Origin: Octopus bimaculoides
Taxonomy: Eukaryota
Assembly (NCBI RefSeq): GCF_001194135.2
Contig: NC_068982.1
Coordinates: forward strand, 11,125,878 to 11,174,532
DNA length: 48,655 nucleotides
Reading direction: 5' to 3'
Positions 9,450-23,522 of the stretch are shown here, piece after piece. Position 1 is the stretch's first letter. Each line of letters begins with the position of its first letter. Under the pieces are notes generated by a model, which had not been told where the DNA came from, ran no database searches, and saw nothing but the letters and a program-made list of their open reading frames with translations. The position numbers and the translations under genes are program-made.

Positions 9450-11879
9450 AAAAGATCTGAAAACTGCAGATAATACTAGTAAAATTCATTGATTTATAAT
9501 TCATATAATTAATATTTCATAAATGTTCCTATGGGCCGAATTTCGGATAATACGCGTAAGCAAAGTTAATGAAAAAGAAATGCATCAATACAGGATCCAC
9601 ATAAAAATTGCAATACAAATAAAAACCGTGTCATTCAACACAAGAATAAAACAGGAACTCTTACACTGAGCTTGGATGAATGGGAACACGCAAAACTAGA
9701 CATCGCTGGAAATAAATAAGCCTCAGCTTAACGAAAATCTTGACAGTCTAAATAAAATGCCGGACCTTGCACCCGCAAGACTCGCAAATAAAGCCAATGA
9801 AATTATAAATGGAGACGAGAAGAATACGCTGCAAGTCTATATACATATTTTACAGCTACGCTCCACCCAAAGAAGCTACGGTAATCTTTTTACATAATAT
9901 ATAGAGAGAAAATATCCCTGATATAAAAGTAACTTTATCCATGATATAAACGTAACTCCGTATCGCAATAGACTGCTTGAGAAAATTCAATCTCGAAACC
10001 AACAAAATAGCAGAATACTTAAAACAAAGAATATATAACAAAAGAAACAGCAAAAATATAAAACAGACCTTACACGTGCAAAATAAATTAAGTAAGGAAC
10101 AAAACTCGATAAAACCAAGGTCTATTACACCTGCAGAATATTAATCAAACAAAGACAAAACTAAACTAACACAAAGCTATTAAATGTAATGTGAAAATTT
10201 AACAAAAAGAAATTGTTAAGGAAATCGTGAGCATGATAATAAATTATGAGTGGAAATAAGGAATGAAATTCAATAAAATTTCCTCCTACGGATCAACGAA
10301 AGTAGCTTCCAAGTATAAAACTCAACCTGTAAATAGCAGAAACAGTAAAAAAAAAAAAAAAAGAAGGTAAATCTGGCCATCGCAGACTTAATGAAAATGA
10401 ACACAAAGATCAATATCGGAAGGTTCAATGAAGTAATATATCCGAAAACTATTATATTTACAAGGAAAGTGGATATTGCCCTGGATCAACTCATACAGGA
10501 ATATCAAATCTCATAAAAATAATATGGTAAGCAAATATACAGAAATGGATAGAAAATGAAAAAAAAAAATCTCTCCATCATTAATGAAATCAATAGCGAA
10601 AATACAAAAAGGGAGAAAAAGAGAACAAAAAGAAATAGTAAATACGTACCCGAAATCAAAGAACGCCTGAAATACGAAATCCTGCTGTCAAAAGAATGAT
10701 GCCATTTTACGACAGTTAAAAGCTTATCGGAGTCAGAAGTCATATTGAAAAAATCTAAAAGCAGTAAATTACACATACTGTTCGACTAAAGGTTTTATAG
10801 TCACAGAAGAACATTGGTCGACATAATATATGTATTTTACGGTCTACGCTTCAGGTGTCGGCTGATAATTGATTTTCAGATCTGTCAGAGATATGTCATT
10901 ATGTAGTGGACTACGGGAAAAAGGTTGATGCAACAAGCTAGAACAATACTGCTTATGTCCTTGATAAAGGACAAGGATAGAATTTTGAATGATAAAAAAT
11001 TCACTATATATGACGTATTCTCTAGCCTTTACTTTGTAATAATCCTTGCAAGTTTTACACACACACACACGCACAGATACATACAAACAGATATATATAT
11101 ATATACATAATGTTCATAAGTGACATGCACGAAGCTCTAGACCCTACATTAGCTTTAAAGCTACAGAAGCTGTAAGGCTAACATAGCTTTACAGCAGCTA
11201 AAGAAACGCGTGTTTGCGCGCGTGCGTACGTGTGTGCGTGCATGTGTGCACATGTGTGTGAGGTATAGTTGTCTAAAAATCCACATGAAAAAAAAAGCTC
11301 CTATATCAAGTAATAGAGTGCGTACACTAGTATTTCTAATATAATTAGCAGAAAGACCACCCTCCGGGAGGTTTTCTGCTTCTTGCTGAATTTTATTTAC
11401 ATGTTTGATTCCCATCGGGAAAACAAAGTCGAGATGATGAAATCTCCCCCCCCCCCATTTTTCCACATTAAATTACTACATAATCGTAATCTATTCTATG
11501 TAAAAGATTTTTGTAGAAAATTTCATTAAAACATTTTTCAGTAAAACATGAGGAAACAAATTTGGGGGCGGAGCACCTTCTGTAGCTAAACTCAATTGAC
11601 GTAAGTAAATCAAAACCGCTTTACTTATTCAGCTTCCTTTTCCTTCAACGGCAACCTACAGATATGAAAGGACATTGGAATCAACATAATTTGGCTGACT
11701 CTGAATTAAACTTATAATTTGTAGTAGAAAGAAGCGCTACAAATATTTGGGCAACCTTTATATTTGCAACAGTAAAAACACTACACCGCAGGAAATTGAA
11801 ATTGTGATTGAAGCGTGTAGAATCTTCAAAACCACATTTTGATTTTTTTAAAAATATGTTTAAACTGGAATTTATAAAA

Positions 11880-12243
11880 AGACCACACACTTCTTTGCAA
11901 ACGCAGCAAAACTTACTGGGGCTAGCCTGGGAAGTTTTACTGCACCTCCATATTTGCCCGACCTTGCGCTTTCAGATTTTCAGCTGTTCCGGTCTGTCCT
12001 AAATTCAATGAATGGACAGACCTTCGACTCTGAAAAGGATGCAAAAATTCAACTGGAAGTGTTTTTCACCAGTAAGAACAAGATTTCTTTGAGCAGGGAA
12101 TAAAGGGCCTACCCACAAGATGACAGAAGATACTGGGACGGAACGATAATTATACCATTGATTGAATAAATCGCTTTGCGTTTAAAACTTGTCTCTTATT
12201 TTCGCTTAAAAAAAAGGAACTGAGGTTTTTGCCAAACTAATAA
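11880..12243 (+). mobile_element. mariner (DD34D-type) transposase C-terminal remnant with right TIR
   Basis: RPHTSLQTQQNLLGLAWEVL / PPYLPDLALSDFQLFRSV...FFEQGIKGLPTR* matches HPPYSPDLAPSDFHLF; ends TTTTTGCCAAACTAATA. Confidence 0.88.
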
Positions 12244-12565
12244 TTAAAAAATTGAATGCTGATTCTTAGATAAAGTATTTTTCTAAATATGAAATTAAAT
12301 TGTCATGCTTTCAAATTATGCTCTACTTCTATGCCAATGGAATCCTTCTTTCTAAATTATATTGGCAACTCACCAATAAGATTTTTCTCATAAGCTCTGA
12401 AGAAACTAAAAATGAGTGAAACGAATTTCTTAACGTCATATCAATAAATAGATATTTAAGACTCAACTTCTGTAAGTGCTAAGTTCTTTATTTGGATTAT
12501 GACTAAGGTTGTTCCCACGAAAAGAAAAACATGTCCTAAGCAGATGGATGAATGAATGGACAAGC

Positions 12566-12586
12566 GGACAGACAGACAGACATACT

Positions 12587-12647
<61 letters not shown>

Positions 12648-12652
12648 CAGGC

Positions 12653-12703
<51 letters not shown>

Positions 12704-12705
12704 TG
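12566..12705. repeat. Compound (GACA)n/(GATA)n microsatellite
   Basis: Directly visible; similar arrays at 16586-16660 and 22507-22592. Confidence 0.97.
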
Positions 12706-12933
12706 AGTCTGCAATAAGCAGCTGACATTAGCCGAGCTGCTCTTAAGTTTGTTCTGCAGAAGAGAACTCTCTGATTTACCTAAATAGTTTATAGAGTAAG
12801 GCTAAATAAGCATTTATCAAAAGTACGCATATAAACTTATTTACAATTTATATCTATATCTATATTTTATTATGAGCTGTGTGTGGGGGGTGGCGGTATC
12901 TGTGTATGTGTGTGTGTGTGTGTGTCTGTGTGT

Positions 12934-12971
<38 letters not shown>

Positions 12972-14867
12972 TTGGCCGCTAAATCCACAATTTTTTAAAT
13001 TCTCTCTCTATCTTTATTTCTCTCTCTCTATCTCTCTCTCTTTCTCTCTCTCTATCTCTCTCTCTCTATCTATCTATCTATCTCTCTCTGTTTATTTCTT
13101 CGTGTTCCTTTCTGTTGANNNNNNNNNNNNNNNNNNNNNNNNNNNNNNNNNNNNNNNNNNNNNNNNNNNNNNNNNNNNNNNNNNNNNNNNNNNNNNNNNN
13201 NNNNNNNNNNNNNNNNNNNNNNNNNNNNNNNNNNNNNNNNNNNNNNNNNNNNNNNNNNNNNNNNNNNNNNNNNNNNNNNNNNNNNNNNNNNNNNNNNNNN
13301 NNNNNNNNNNNNNNNNNNNNNNNNNNNNNNNNNNNNNNNNNNNNNNNNNNNNNNNNNNNNNNNNNNNNNNNNNNNNNNNNNNNNNNNNNNNNNNNNNNNN
13401 NNNNNNNNNNNNNNNNNNNNNNNNNNNNNNNNNNNNNNNNNNNNNNNNNNNNNNNNNNNNNNNNNNNNNNNNNNNNNNNNNNNNNNNNNNNNNNNNNNNN
13501 NNNNNNNNNNNNNNNNNNNNNNNNNNNNNNNNNNNNNNNNNNNNNNNNNNNNNNNNNNNNNNNNNNNNNNNNNNNNNNNNNNNNNNNNNNNNNNNNNNNN
13601 NNNNNNNNNNNNNNNNNNNNNNNNNNNNNNNNNNNNNNNNNNNNNNNNNNNNNNNNNNNNNNNNNNNNNNNNNNNNNNTGTGTGTGTGTGTGTGTAATTG
13701 TAAGATCCAAGGCCCTAAGTGTAGGAAGTTTGTAAGCTTCGAGCAGTCCATGGTAGGTAAAATAAACAATGTACAGGAACAATAATAGTTCATTGGCATC
13801 GAAGGTTGTAGGCTTTTCCAGATCGAAGTTCGATAAGTTGAAAAGTTTTTGTATAGCTCACGGTTACCAACCAGAATTGCTATGAATGGGAATAAAAGTC
13901 CAAAGGTAAATTCCAGGCTACATATGTTTCCGAGAAAACATATGTACCTGGATTTTATCTGTTTCACTCTCTCAATTTGGACATACATATATACATACAT
14001 ACATACATATATACATACTTACGTACGTACATACGTGCATATATACATACGTACGTACGTACATACGTACATACGTACGTACATACGTACGTACATATAT
14101 ACGTACACGTACACACACACACACACACACATACACACACGCACACGTAAGCCAACTATATATGTTTCGAGACAGTCAAATAAAATATGTCTCATAACGG
14201 ACACATTTTGTTTCTGTAAACGTACAGCACTTGTAAAAGTGCTACCTGAAACTTTATCAATTGAAAAATAACTAAATAAGAGAAACTACTTATACACTTG
14301 CACCAGTAAAGCCGTATGGCGAGAACAAAATCAAGAAACTTCATAAAATTCTAACTTCTCAAATTTATGTAAAGTTGTCACTGCAGAGTGCATCAATAAG
14401 TATAGAATTAGAGTTAGCGATACTAAAAGCGACTGATATAACTATTTCTCAGAATAAACGAGGAATATTTTCTTTGAAGCAAGAAATTAACGAGAATCTG
14501 TAGTGAACTGAATCCAATGCTATATATATATACATATTCTGCCTAAATTTCAAAGAACATTTCAAGCCCTATATATTAAAATAAAAAATGTTTTAATATA
14601 TGCCTTGAAATGTTTGTTATTCAGCTAGTACACATATTAAGTTACATAGAACCGAAACCAGTTCACTGTGCATTCTTGCGTCTAAATGATTTACTAGTGC
14701 ATTTGAGGAACAAAGTTACACACACACACACACACGTGTGTGTGTGTGTGTGGAGAGAGAAAGAGGTTGAGGTAGATACAGACAGACGGTCAGAGAGATG
14801 TATGCTTATGGATTTAATAAATGTAGTTGTACACATAAAATTATGTATACGCATATATATTCTTTTA

Positions 14868-15090
14868 TTCTTTTACTTATTTCTGTCATTTGACTGCGGC
14901 CATGCTGGAGCACCGCCTTAAAGGGTTTTAGTCGGAGAAATCGACACCAGGACTTATTCCTTGTAAGCCTAGCACTTATTCTATCGGTCTCTTTTGCCGA
15001 ACCGCTAGGACACGGAGACATAAACACACCAGCATCGGTTGTTAAGCGACGGCGGGGGGACAAACACAAACACACACACACACACACACA
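14868..15090 (-). mobile_element. Family-C SINE, 3' half
   Basis: GTCATTTGACTGCGGCCATGCTGGAGCACCGCC...CTTTTGCCGAACCGCTA...AAACACACCAGCATCGGTTG, matching copies near 26.3, 30.9 and 37.7 kb. Confidence 0.85.
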
Positions 15091-16584
15091 TAAATATATA
15101 TATATATATATATATANNNNNNNNNNNNNNNNNNNNNNNNNNNNNNNNNNNNNNNNNNNNNNNNNNNNNNNNNNNNNNNNNNNNNNNNNNNNNNNNNNNN
15201 NNNNNNNNNNNNNNNNNNNNNNNNNNNNNNNNNNNNNNNNNNNNNNNNNNNNNNNNNNNNNNNNNNNNNNNNNNNNNNNNNNNNNNNNNNNNNNNNNNNN
15301 NNNNNNNNNNNNNNNNNNNNNNNNNNNNNNNNNNNNNNNNNNNNNNNNNNNNNNNNNNNNNNNNNNNNNNNNNNNNNNNNNNNNNNNNNNNNNNNNNNNN
15401 NNNNNNNNNNNNNNNNNNNNNNNNNNNNNNNNNNNNNNNNNNNNNNNNNNNNNNNNNNNNNNNNNNNNNNNNNNNNNNNNNNNNNNNNNNNNNNNNNNNN
15501 NNNNNNNNNNNNNNNNNNNNNNNNNNNNNNNNNNNNNNNNNNNNNNNNNNNNNNNNNNNNNNNNNNNNNNNNNNNNNNNNNNNNNNNNNNNNNNNNNNNN
15601 NNNNNNNNNNNNNNNNNNNNNNNNNNNNNNNNNNNNNNNNNNNNNNNNNNNNNNNNNNNNNNNNNNNNNNNNNNNNNNNNNNNNNNNNNNNNNNNNNNNN
15701 NNNNNNNNNNNNNNNNNNNNNNNNNNNNNNNNNNNNNNNNNNNNNNNNNNNNNNNNNNNNNNNNNNNNNNNNNNNNNNNNNNNNNNNNNNNNNNNNNNNN
15801 NNNNNNNNNNNNNNNNNNNNNNNNNNNNNNNNNNNNNNNNNNNNNNNNNNNNNNNNNNNNNNNNNNNNNNNNNNNNNNNNNNNNNNNNNNNNNNNNNNNN
15901 NNNNNNNNNNNNNNNNNNNNNNNNNNNNNNNNNNNNNNNNNNNNNNNNNNNNNNNNNNNNNNNNNNNNNNNNNNNNNNNNNNNNNNNNNNNNNNNNNNNN
16001 NNNNCAGGGGATGCTATCTGTTGGAGTTTCAGCACTTTAGCTGCTATTTCTGAACTTGGGTATGTGGTGAAGCAACTGTTGCTGACCCCTTAATTATGTT
16101 TATATATATATATACGCGCAAGTGTGTGTGTGTGTACGTACTGTGGCTGTCATTCGCAAACGGGTATTAATTGGTAGTGTGTATCATGCTTTCGCCAAAT
16201 GTATTACGTGTTAATGTATACAACATCAGATACAGACGTCCTTGTTTCGATGAACCATCCATGGTGAGACAGTCAGAGAAAGAAGGGGCAGCATCACCGC
16301 TGGTCTGGTGCTTCAATTATCGACACCAAACAAAAAAAAAATGAAAAGCAAAGTTGACCTCAGCGGTATTTGATGCCAGAACGCAGAGAACTGGAGCGGA
16401 ATAAATGTCGCCAATACAATAACACACTAACGACTCTATCGATCGAAGGCCTTAGCACATATATGCGTATGTGTGTGTATGAGTATACGTGTGCATATGT
16501 ATGTGCATGTGTGTGTATGCATATATGCGTGTGTACATATAGGTATGTCTATATAAATATACATACATATATATATATATATAT

Positions 16585-16662
<78 letters not shown>

Positions 16663-16959
16663 TTATGTATGTATTTATGTTTATATATATGTACAAAATA
16701 TGTAATCAAGCATCTGGTCAGTGAAAAGACCTGTAGTCAAACACACCAGCGATCAATAAAGCATTCAAGTGCGCGTAAGAACTTTCAAAGAATCGTTCTG
16801 AAACTTTCTAATCTCATTATATAATGTGATATAATGCCTAAAGAGGGAAAGGAAGCATTATCTTCCTATTGCCAAAGGATGAAGGCTTTCATAACCTGAA
16901 TAACTATTCATGAATTTCCCTGGTGAACCAAGCTGCGAAATTGCTCAAAAGTGTGTACT

Positions 16960-17300
16960 AGCGAGGATAAAGCCAATGATGGATATCTCTTTATTCATAA
17001 TACAAAATGGCTTCCGATCATCTTGAAGCTCTACAGAGCAAATACATGTGTTAAAAGGCATGTAGGAGAATATTATTGAGTTATCCAGGTTCATTGTTAC
17101 CGCATTTATTTCAAGAAAGCATTTGACATTATTAGCTGCAAAGTTATGTTTGAAATACTAAAATATATTGCGGCATTCGTAAGAATATTTCTTGCAGTTG
17201 AAAGTACGAGGAAAATTATACAGATCGTGTTGTAATGAATAGTAAGAAAATGAAATAGTTTCCTGGTTGTCAAAGACATGTACGAAGATATATTATCGTA
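16960..17300 (+). mobile_element. LINE reverse-transcriptase fragment (RTE-like), decayed
   Basis: QNGFRS...STEQIHVLK...AF..FKKAFDIISCKVMFEILK corresponds to the Q.GFR and D..KAFD RT motifs, across frameshifts. Confidence 0.7.
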
Positions 17301-17570
17301 TTAGGATGTTTTAAGGGCTACAAAAAGATGCGAGGCTTGAAAATGAAACTACATGAAAACTTAGCAATAACAGAATTCGCATATATTAGTTTGTTTTTTA
17401 TTTTTATCTTTGTTTTTGCTTTTAATTATTGACGCTCACGCTTGAGAACATAAATATATTTAAATTTAGTCTTTTCTTCGACGCATGATCCTCATATATC
17501 AAAAATTACACTGAAGCTCTTAAAAAACTGCCTCTGGTCATTTGAGCATAACTTGTTATTATTATTATTA

Positions 17571-20353
17571 TCTCTTTATCACATGTTTTGTTGGAGCTCC
17601 TGGAGTCTTGCATGCGTAGCGGGCTCCTTACCTGCAGCCTACGGTACCATGCTATCCGTTCTTTTCAACCATCTAATACTTTCCTGATTATCCTGGCCGT
17701 GGCAAGGAGGCAAACCTTTTGTAACAGTTCCACATGGCACTCTATTCCAATTTCCTTGATATTCCTCATGATGCCTTCTGATACTGTTCCCAAGGACCTA
17801 ACAATAATTGTCATTTTCTTCACCTTTTATAGTCGGGCTATTTCGTACTTAAGAGATTTGTATCAATCTATCTTTTCGCCTTCCTTCTTGACTATTCATG
17901 GGTCAAAGGGGCACGCAACATCAACTCCTTAGCATATGTGGTGCACCTTGTCCACCACCACTAGGTCCGGTCTGTTATGCTCTAGCACCTGATCTGTCAC
18001 TCTCAGTGGGTTGTGCTCATACCACGTCTTGCCTCTCTCTAGCCCCACTTTTCGCAGTTTCCAACGTAGCACTTTCGCTACCTAATCATGTCCACACAAC
18101 CTGTAGTGATTTTGAGCAAGTCTAGAGCATTCATTCGTGATATGAGCAATGGTTCCATCCACTCTATTTCAGATGTGGCACAGCGGAGACACTTGCTCAT
18201 TCCTAAGGTTCCAGTTCATGGCAGAAGCTTGGTCTTGCGCTGCCAGTATAATGCTCTCGGTCTCTTTTTAGGCTTCCTTTCATCAGCTAATCCCACTTAT
18301 TTTTCCAGCAACTTCTGTTGTGGCTACATGGAATTGATTATGTAGTTCCTTCTTGCGTAATTCTTCTTCATGTCCTTTTTGTACTTCTTCCTTTGTTTTC
18401 TCTTTTTTCTTTACTCTAAATGCTCCCTCGTTCCTAACTGTCATTAGCAAGGTCTCCTTACTTTCGGCTAGGTATCTCATTAAGTTCGATACACACGCAG
18501 TCGTCCACAGTTATCAGTTCCCTTTCTCCATTTGCTCTCTTCATGTTTTGGCGATCATGCATCGTTAGGAGCTTTCTTGACTTCCTGTCCATCTCCTGTA
18601 GTTCCTCCTCTGTCCATTGCGTGATTCCAGCGCCATACCGAACTACTGCGACTGCGCGCGAGTTTATTGCTAAAAATTATGTTTCTGGCATTCAGTTTTG
18701 TAGCCAATATTTTTCTCACTCGCCGCAGGTACTCTCTTTTTGCCTTTTCCTTCATGTCGTGGAGTTTGATTCCATCTGTCTCAAGTAATCCCAGGTATTT
18801 ATAGCTAGATTGAGGATGAACTACCTTCATCATTTCACCACATGGCAAACATATGCCATATTTCCTTGTCTCATCACCATTGTAGCACATTTTGATAGTC
18901 CAAACTCAATCTTAATATCAATGGAGAAAATCCACATAGACTGGACTACTGTCCAGTTCTACCTCAATTTTTGTGAATAGCTTCAGGTCGTCCATGAATA
19001 GCAAGTGGTTTAGTTTTCCCTTACCTCTTCCCAGATCATATCGCAACTTGTTTCTGTAGTATTTCACTCAAGAGGATCATTCCTAGCACGAATATCAGTG
19101 GGGACACACTGTCCCCCTGGAAGATTCCTTGCCTGATTTTCACCTCCCCTACTTGCTTCCCTGCTGTCAACTGCGTTTTCCAGCATTTCATTCTATTTCA
19201 TATAAGGCTTCTCATATTCTTTGCAACTCCATACATCTCCATTGTTCTTATTCTCAAGGAGTGTAGTATCATATCGTATGCTTTACGATAATCTGATCCT
19301 TCGTTGCCCGGCTCTTTCTTCGGCACCCTTTCTGTTCAATGGTTAGCAGCCTACTTTTTCCCAGTATCTGTAAAGTTCACCGGTCAAAGCACCTGACATT
19401 AGTTTCCACATTAACGGAAGGCATGTTACTGGTCTAAAGTTGGATGCAACATTTCCTTTTTCAGAATCCTTGGCACATAACAATGTCTTTCCCTTTGTCA
19501 TCCAGTTATTGTGCTATCTTTTCATGAATCCCTCTCAGCTTCATCATCCAATAACCTTGGACCCCATCGGTCCTGGGCTCTTCCAATTTGAGAATTTTCT
19601 TAACAGCTTTTTTATCATTTCTGTAGTTATCTTTATGTCTTCTTGAACTTCTATATTTCTTAACCTATCTTGGATTTCATGCAGACACTCCGCTTCATCA
19701 TTATACTCTACAGGTTGGTCCCATATCCCTCTCCAGAATATCCTGCTTTCCTCTGCATCTGGTATCATTGTTACATGTATTTGCCCATCTAGTTCCTGAA
19801 ACAGTTTCTTCTGATTTGCCTCAAACAATCTGTTTTGTCTGAACTGTCTTTTTCTATTGTCATATCTTTCCAGCTTTGCTTTGATTGTTACTACTCTATT
19901 TCAATTCTTCCAATATCACATCATAACATTTATCTCTTATTCTATCTGTTCTTTCAAGCATTATTCTTATGCTTTCGTTCTGCAATTCCCCTTTTCTCCC
20001 TCTATCAACTTGTCCTAAATGCCTTTTTAACTTTATTTCTCACAAATTCTTCTACGCCAGAATGGCTCTTTACGTCCTGTTTGTTCTTTTCTTTTGTATC
20101 CAACTCTATCTGCAGCAAACATAGCTGCAGCCCAAATAATCTCGTTAGTTTCAGATATATTTCTAGTCTGGAATATCCTAAGAACCGAATCTGTCTTTTC
20201 GGTTTCAACTTTGAGCTTGCGTCGATCAATGTACCTCAGATTGGAGAGCGTTTGATCCTGGTCTTCCCTAATATATCGGCACAGCGTCCTCACTATGTCA
20301 TGTTGGTCATCATCGTATTCTTGTAATATAGCTCTTCCTATTACTTCTGCTTC
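17571..20353 (-). mobile_element. R4/Dong-clade (RLE-type) non-LTR retrotransposon, 5'-truncated and inactivated
   Basis: N-terminal ETNEIIWAAA...KEPFWRRR; KLSNWKSPGP-like motif; DYRKAYD (about 19272-19292); GIFQGDSVSPL (about 19097-19128); NHLLFMDDLKLF (FMDD at 18987-18998); YKYLGLLE; degenerate CCHC near 18.1-18.2 kb; RPDLVVVDK...DVACPFD endonuclease; ...LATARIIRKVLDG* (stop 17665-17667); about 95-nt 3'UTR; (TAA)n at both ends. Many stops and frameshifts. Confidence 0.92.
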
Positions 20354-20392
20354 ATTATTATTATTATTATTATTATTATGATTATTATTATT

Positions 20393-20600
20393 AAGGCAGT
20401 GAGGTAGCAGAATCGTTAGCACGCCGGGCAAAATGCTTAGCGGTATTTCGCCTATTTTTACGTTCAAATTCCGCCGAGGTCGGCTTTGCCTTTAATCCTT
20501 TTGGGGTCGATAAATGAAGTACCAGTCAAGTACTGAGGTCGATGTGATCGACGTACCCTCTCCCTGAAAATTTCAGGCCTTGTGCCTATAGTAGAAAGGA
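20393..20600 (+). mobile_element. Family-B SINE, tail type 2
   Basis: AGGCAGTGAGGTAGCAGAATCGTTAGCACGCCGGG...GGCCTTGTGCCTATAGTAGAAAGG. Confidence 0.85.
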
Positions 20601-20795
20601 TTGGGCAAGTGTCTTCTACTATAGCCTCAAGCTGACCAAAGCCTTGTGTGTGGATTTGGTTGACAACTGTGTGGAAGACTGTGTGGTCTGCTTGAGGCTA
20701 TAGTAGAAGACACTTGCCCAAGGTGCCGCGTAGTGAGACTGGACCCGGGACCATGTGGTTGAGAAGCAAACTTCTTACCACACAGCCACACCTAC
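20601..20795. mobile_element. Family-C SINE head (minus, 20690-20795) with a locally inverted partial copy (plus, 20601-20665)
   Basis: Perfect 32-bp inverted repeat at 20601-20632 / 20690-20721. Confidence 0.85.
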
Positions 20796-22506
20796 ATCTA
20801 CATCTGAATTATATGAAGATGGAAGAAGTAAATTCATTTCTCTTTTAATTGGTAATTCAGGGAATGGCACAGCTCTGACAGTTCTGAAAACCAATTAGTA
20901 TCCGACATCAAAGGTTACACTTTAGAAATTCTGTTGTCGCAAAAGAACATGGCTTGACAAAATATATTTATTGTATATTATTTAGAAAAACTTCGAAGCC
21001 ACAAACTGTTCACATTTACAAGAATATATTAATTTCGAAACACGATGTCTTTGCGATGGGTAATAGATTATCGGAGGAACAGAGAGAGAGAGAAAAACGG
21101 TATGTACTGTTCAAAAGCGGGGAGCAGTTTTGGTCGCTGCACCGAAGCGTGTAGGAACACAACGGAATAAAGGTGAAAGAGTACTGACCAAAATTATTAA
21201 GGAAAAAGACCTAATAAAAAAAAAACGGAATATGTTTTTGATGAAGGAAACGGACAGAATTGTGAACACATCGATAGTTACATCAGTAACTAAGATATCA
21301 AAAACTGCGAGGCTGAATTCTGTAAATTCATTTTCATCTTTCGAACTAACTGACCAGTATTGTGTACCGTGGTTCTATCTATAGTATTTAATTAATCTAG
21401 GAAGATACTTCAGTTTACTATTTGTAATCAAATTATTGTCCGCCATTTTCTTCCTGACGCCATGAATGGAAAATATTTTGGTTTTCTAGATTACATTTTT
21501 GCATAAAAGTAAAAATTATTTTTGGCAAAATTTTTTCCTTTCTAACTTTATTTATTGTTTTATCATTGATATTTCATCCTTGTCTTTTTTAAAAACAACT
21601 TTTATTTGATACGTTATATCAAGATTGTCCATAAGAAAATAAGTCTTAAAAGGTAGGCGCCATGTTATAATAATCAATCAAGATTTATCGTCCGTATGTT
21701 TTTGACGGCAAATGTTTCATGTCTCACTAACCATCTGAAAACTAGGCGCCATTTCAATAGATTAACTGTCCAGTCAAACAGTACAGCCTCAGAAAAGCTT
21801 CTATAAATCCCTTGGATACTTGTTCTTTCTATATAAACAGAAATAAAACACGGTGGGCTTTAGATAAAAAGTAGACTTCACTTTCGAAATATAAAAGAAG
21901 AGAAACGTTGTAACATCTTTGAAAACATATCATCAAAATATGATATATGCGCATGCGTACACATATAAATGCATACATATTTCATGATTATATNNNNNNN
22001 NNNNNNNNNNNNNNNNNNNNNNNNNNNNNNNNNNNNNNNNNNNNNNNNNNNNNNNNNNNNNNNNNNNNNNNNNNNNNNNNNNNNNNNNNNNNNNNNNNNN
22101 NNNNNNNNNNNNNNNNNNNNNNNNNNNNNNNNNNNNNNNNNNNNNNNNNNNNNNNNNNNNNNNNNNNNNNNNNNNNNNNNNNNNNNNNNNNNNNNNNNNN
22201 NNNNNNNNNNNNNNNNNNNNNNNNNNNNNNNNNNNNNNNNNNNNNNNNNNNNNNNNNNNNNNNNNNNNNNNNNNNNNNNNNNNNNNNNNNNNNNNNNNNN
22301 NNNNNNNNNNNNNNNNNNNNNNNNNNNNNNNNNNNNNNNNNNNNNNNNNNNNNNNNNNNNNNNNNNNNNNNNNNNNNNNNNNNNNNNNNNNNNNNNNNNN
22401 NNNNNNNNNNNNNNNNNNNNNNNNNNNNNNNNNNNNNNNNNNNNNNNNNNNNNNNNNNNNNNNNNNNNNNNNNNNNNNNNNNNNNNNNNNNNNNNNNNNN
22501 NNNNNN

Positions 22507-22565
<59 letters not shown>

Positions 22566-22591
22566 TATAGATAGATAGATAGATAGATAGA

Positions 22592-22661
<70 letters not shown>

Positions 22662-22663
<2 letters not shown>

Positions 22664-23460
22664 AGGTGTTCAGGATAAATTTGACGATATTTTTGTCTTC
22701 ATTTTCAGGAACAGCTTAATGTGTTGGTGAATAGTCAACGGCGTTGGAGAGCATAAAGATTAAGGTTGAGAAAAAGTTAGCTGACATGAAATATTGGGAA
22801 AAGAGTTACCTGTATCATGATGTTTCGCACTGGATGTCAACATTCCGACATCATGACCGCTGCTCAATGCTCTGTGAACACTGCAAAGGTTGTAAAACGT
22901 AACATGGACATCATGAAAACCAAGTTCCTTCAACTTGTGGTCTTTGGGTGTGTCTGCAGTGCCGCCACATATCTTTGAAACAGGACGTTAGGCTCAATTC
23001 AGACTGCTCTGTGAACCTTCTGGAGACTGCAGTAAATCCCTGGCCGGAGGGAATTCTTGTTAGAAGGCCATATGTGTGGCAGCAGGATTTGATTCCTTAC
23101 CATGTCACTGGAAAAATCCAGAAGCGGTTGATTTCAGCAGTTACAATTTCTAGCCTCCTAATTCCTCCGATTGTAATCCCATAGTTTACTATGCCTGTGT
23201 ATCGAAGTTGAGAAAAGCACCAACAGTTCTGCTTGCAACACCAAGGCCAAGCCCGTGACAAAGATCAAGGAGATATTTGAAGATCTTCCCTGGGACACAG
23301 TCAAGAAAACATACGCCAAGTTCCGGAACGGACTAGAAGCTGGCGGCGGCTATTTCGAGTAAACTGCTACCCATATTCAAATAGAAATTTCCTGGATTTT
23401 TCGATGGGATACTGTGTTTTCTTATCCTTTTACGCAAACCGTCAAATTTAGCCAATGTGT
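22662..23460 (+). mobile_element. Tc1/mariner-superfamily remnant (maT/DD37D-like)
   Basis: IMKTKF..VFGCV..PPHIFE...RPYVWQQD.IPYH...NF*PPNSSDCNP...GGYFE*; partial TIR match TAAATTTGACG (22676-22686) / CGTCAAATTTA (23440-23450). Confidence 0.8.
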
Positions 23461-23522
23461 ATATATACTGACTGGTCTAAGGAATGTTGACCATGTCCAG
23501 GACGATGCTTAAACTCTTACCT

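Noticed and set aside
9460-10800. A-rich strand-biased region as a retroelement ORF remnant
   Set aside because: Composition is suggestive but I found no diagnostic motif.
14160-14205. Hammerhead-like GAGACA/UGUCUC-GAAAC on minus; similar partial matches near 16245-16285 and 38430-38470
   Set aside because: The CUGANGA core is absent and stem I cannot be formed.
17571-20353. Active R4/Dong element or domesticated RT gene
   Set aside because: Multiple stops, frameshifts and internal deletions, including in the CCHC and endonuclease regions.
21435-21755. Cluster of CGCCAT (YY1-like) motifs as a promoter
   Set aside because: AT-rich context with no supporting CpG enrichment or splice donor.
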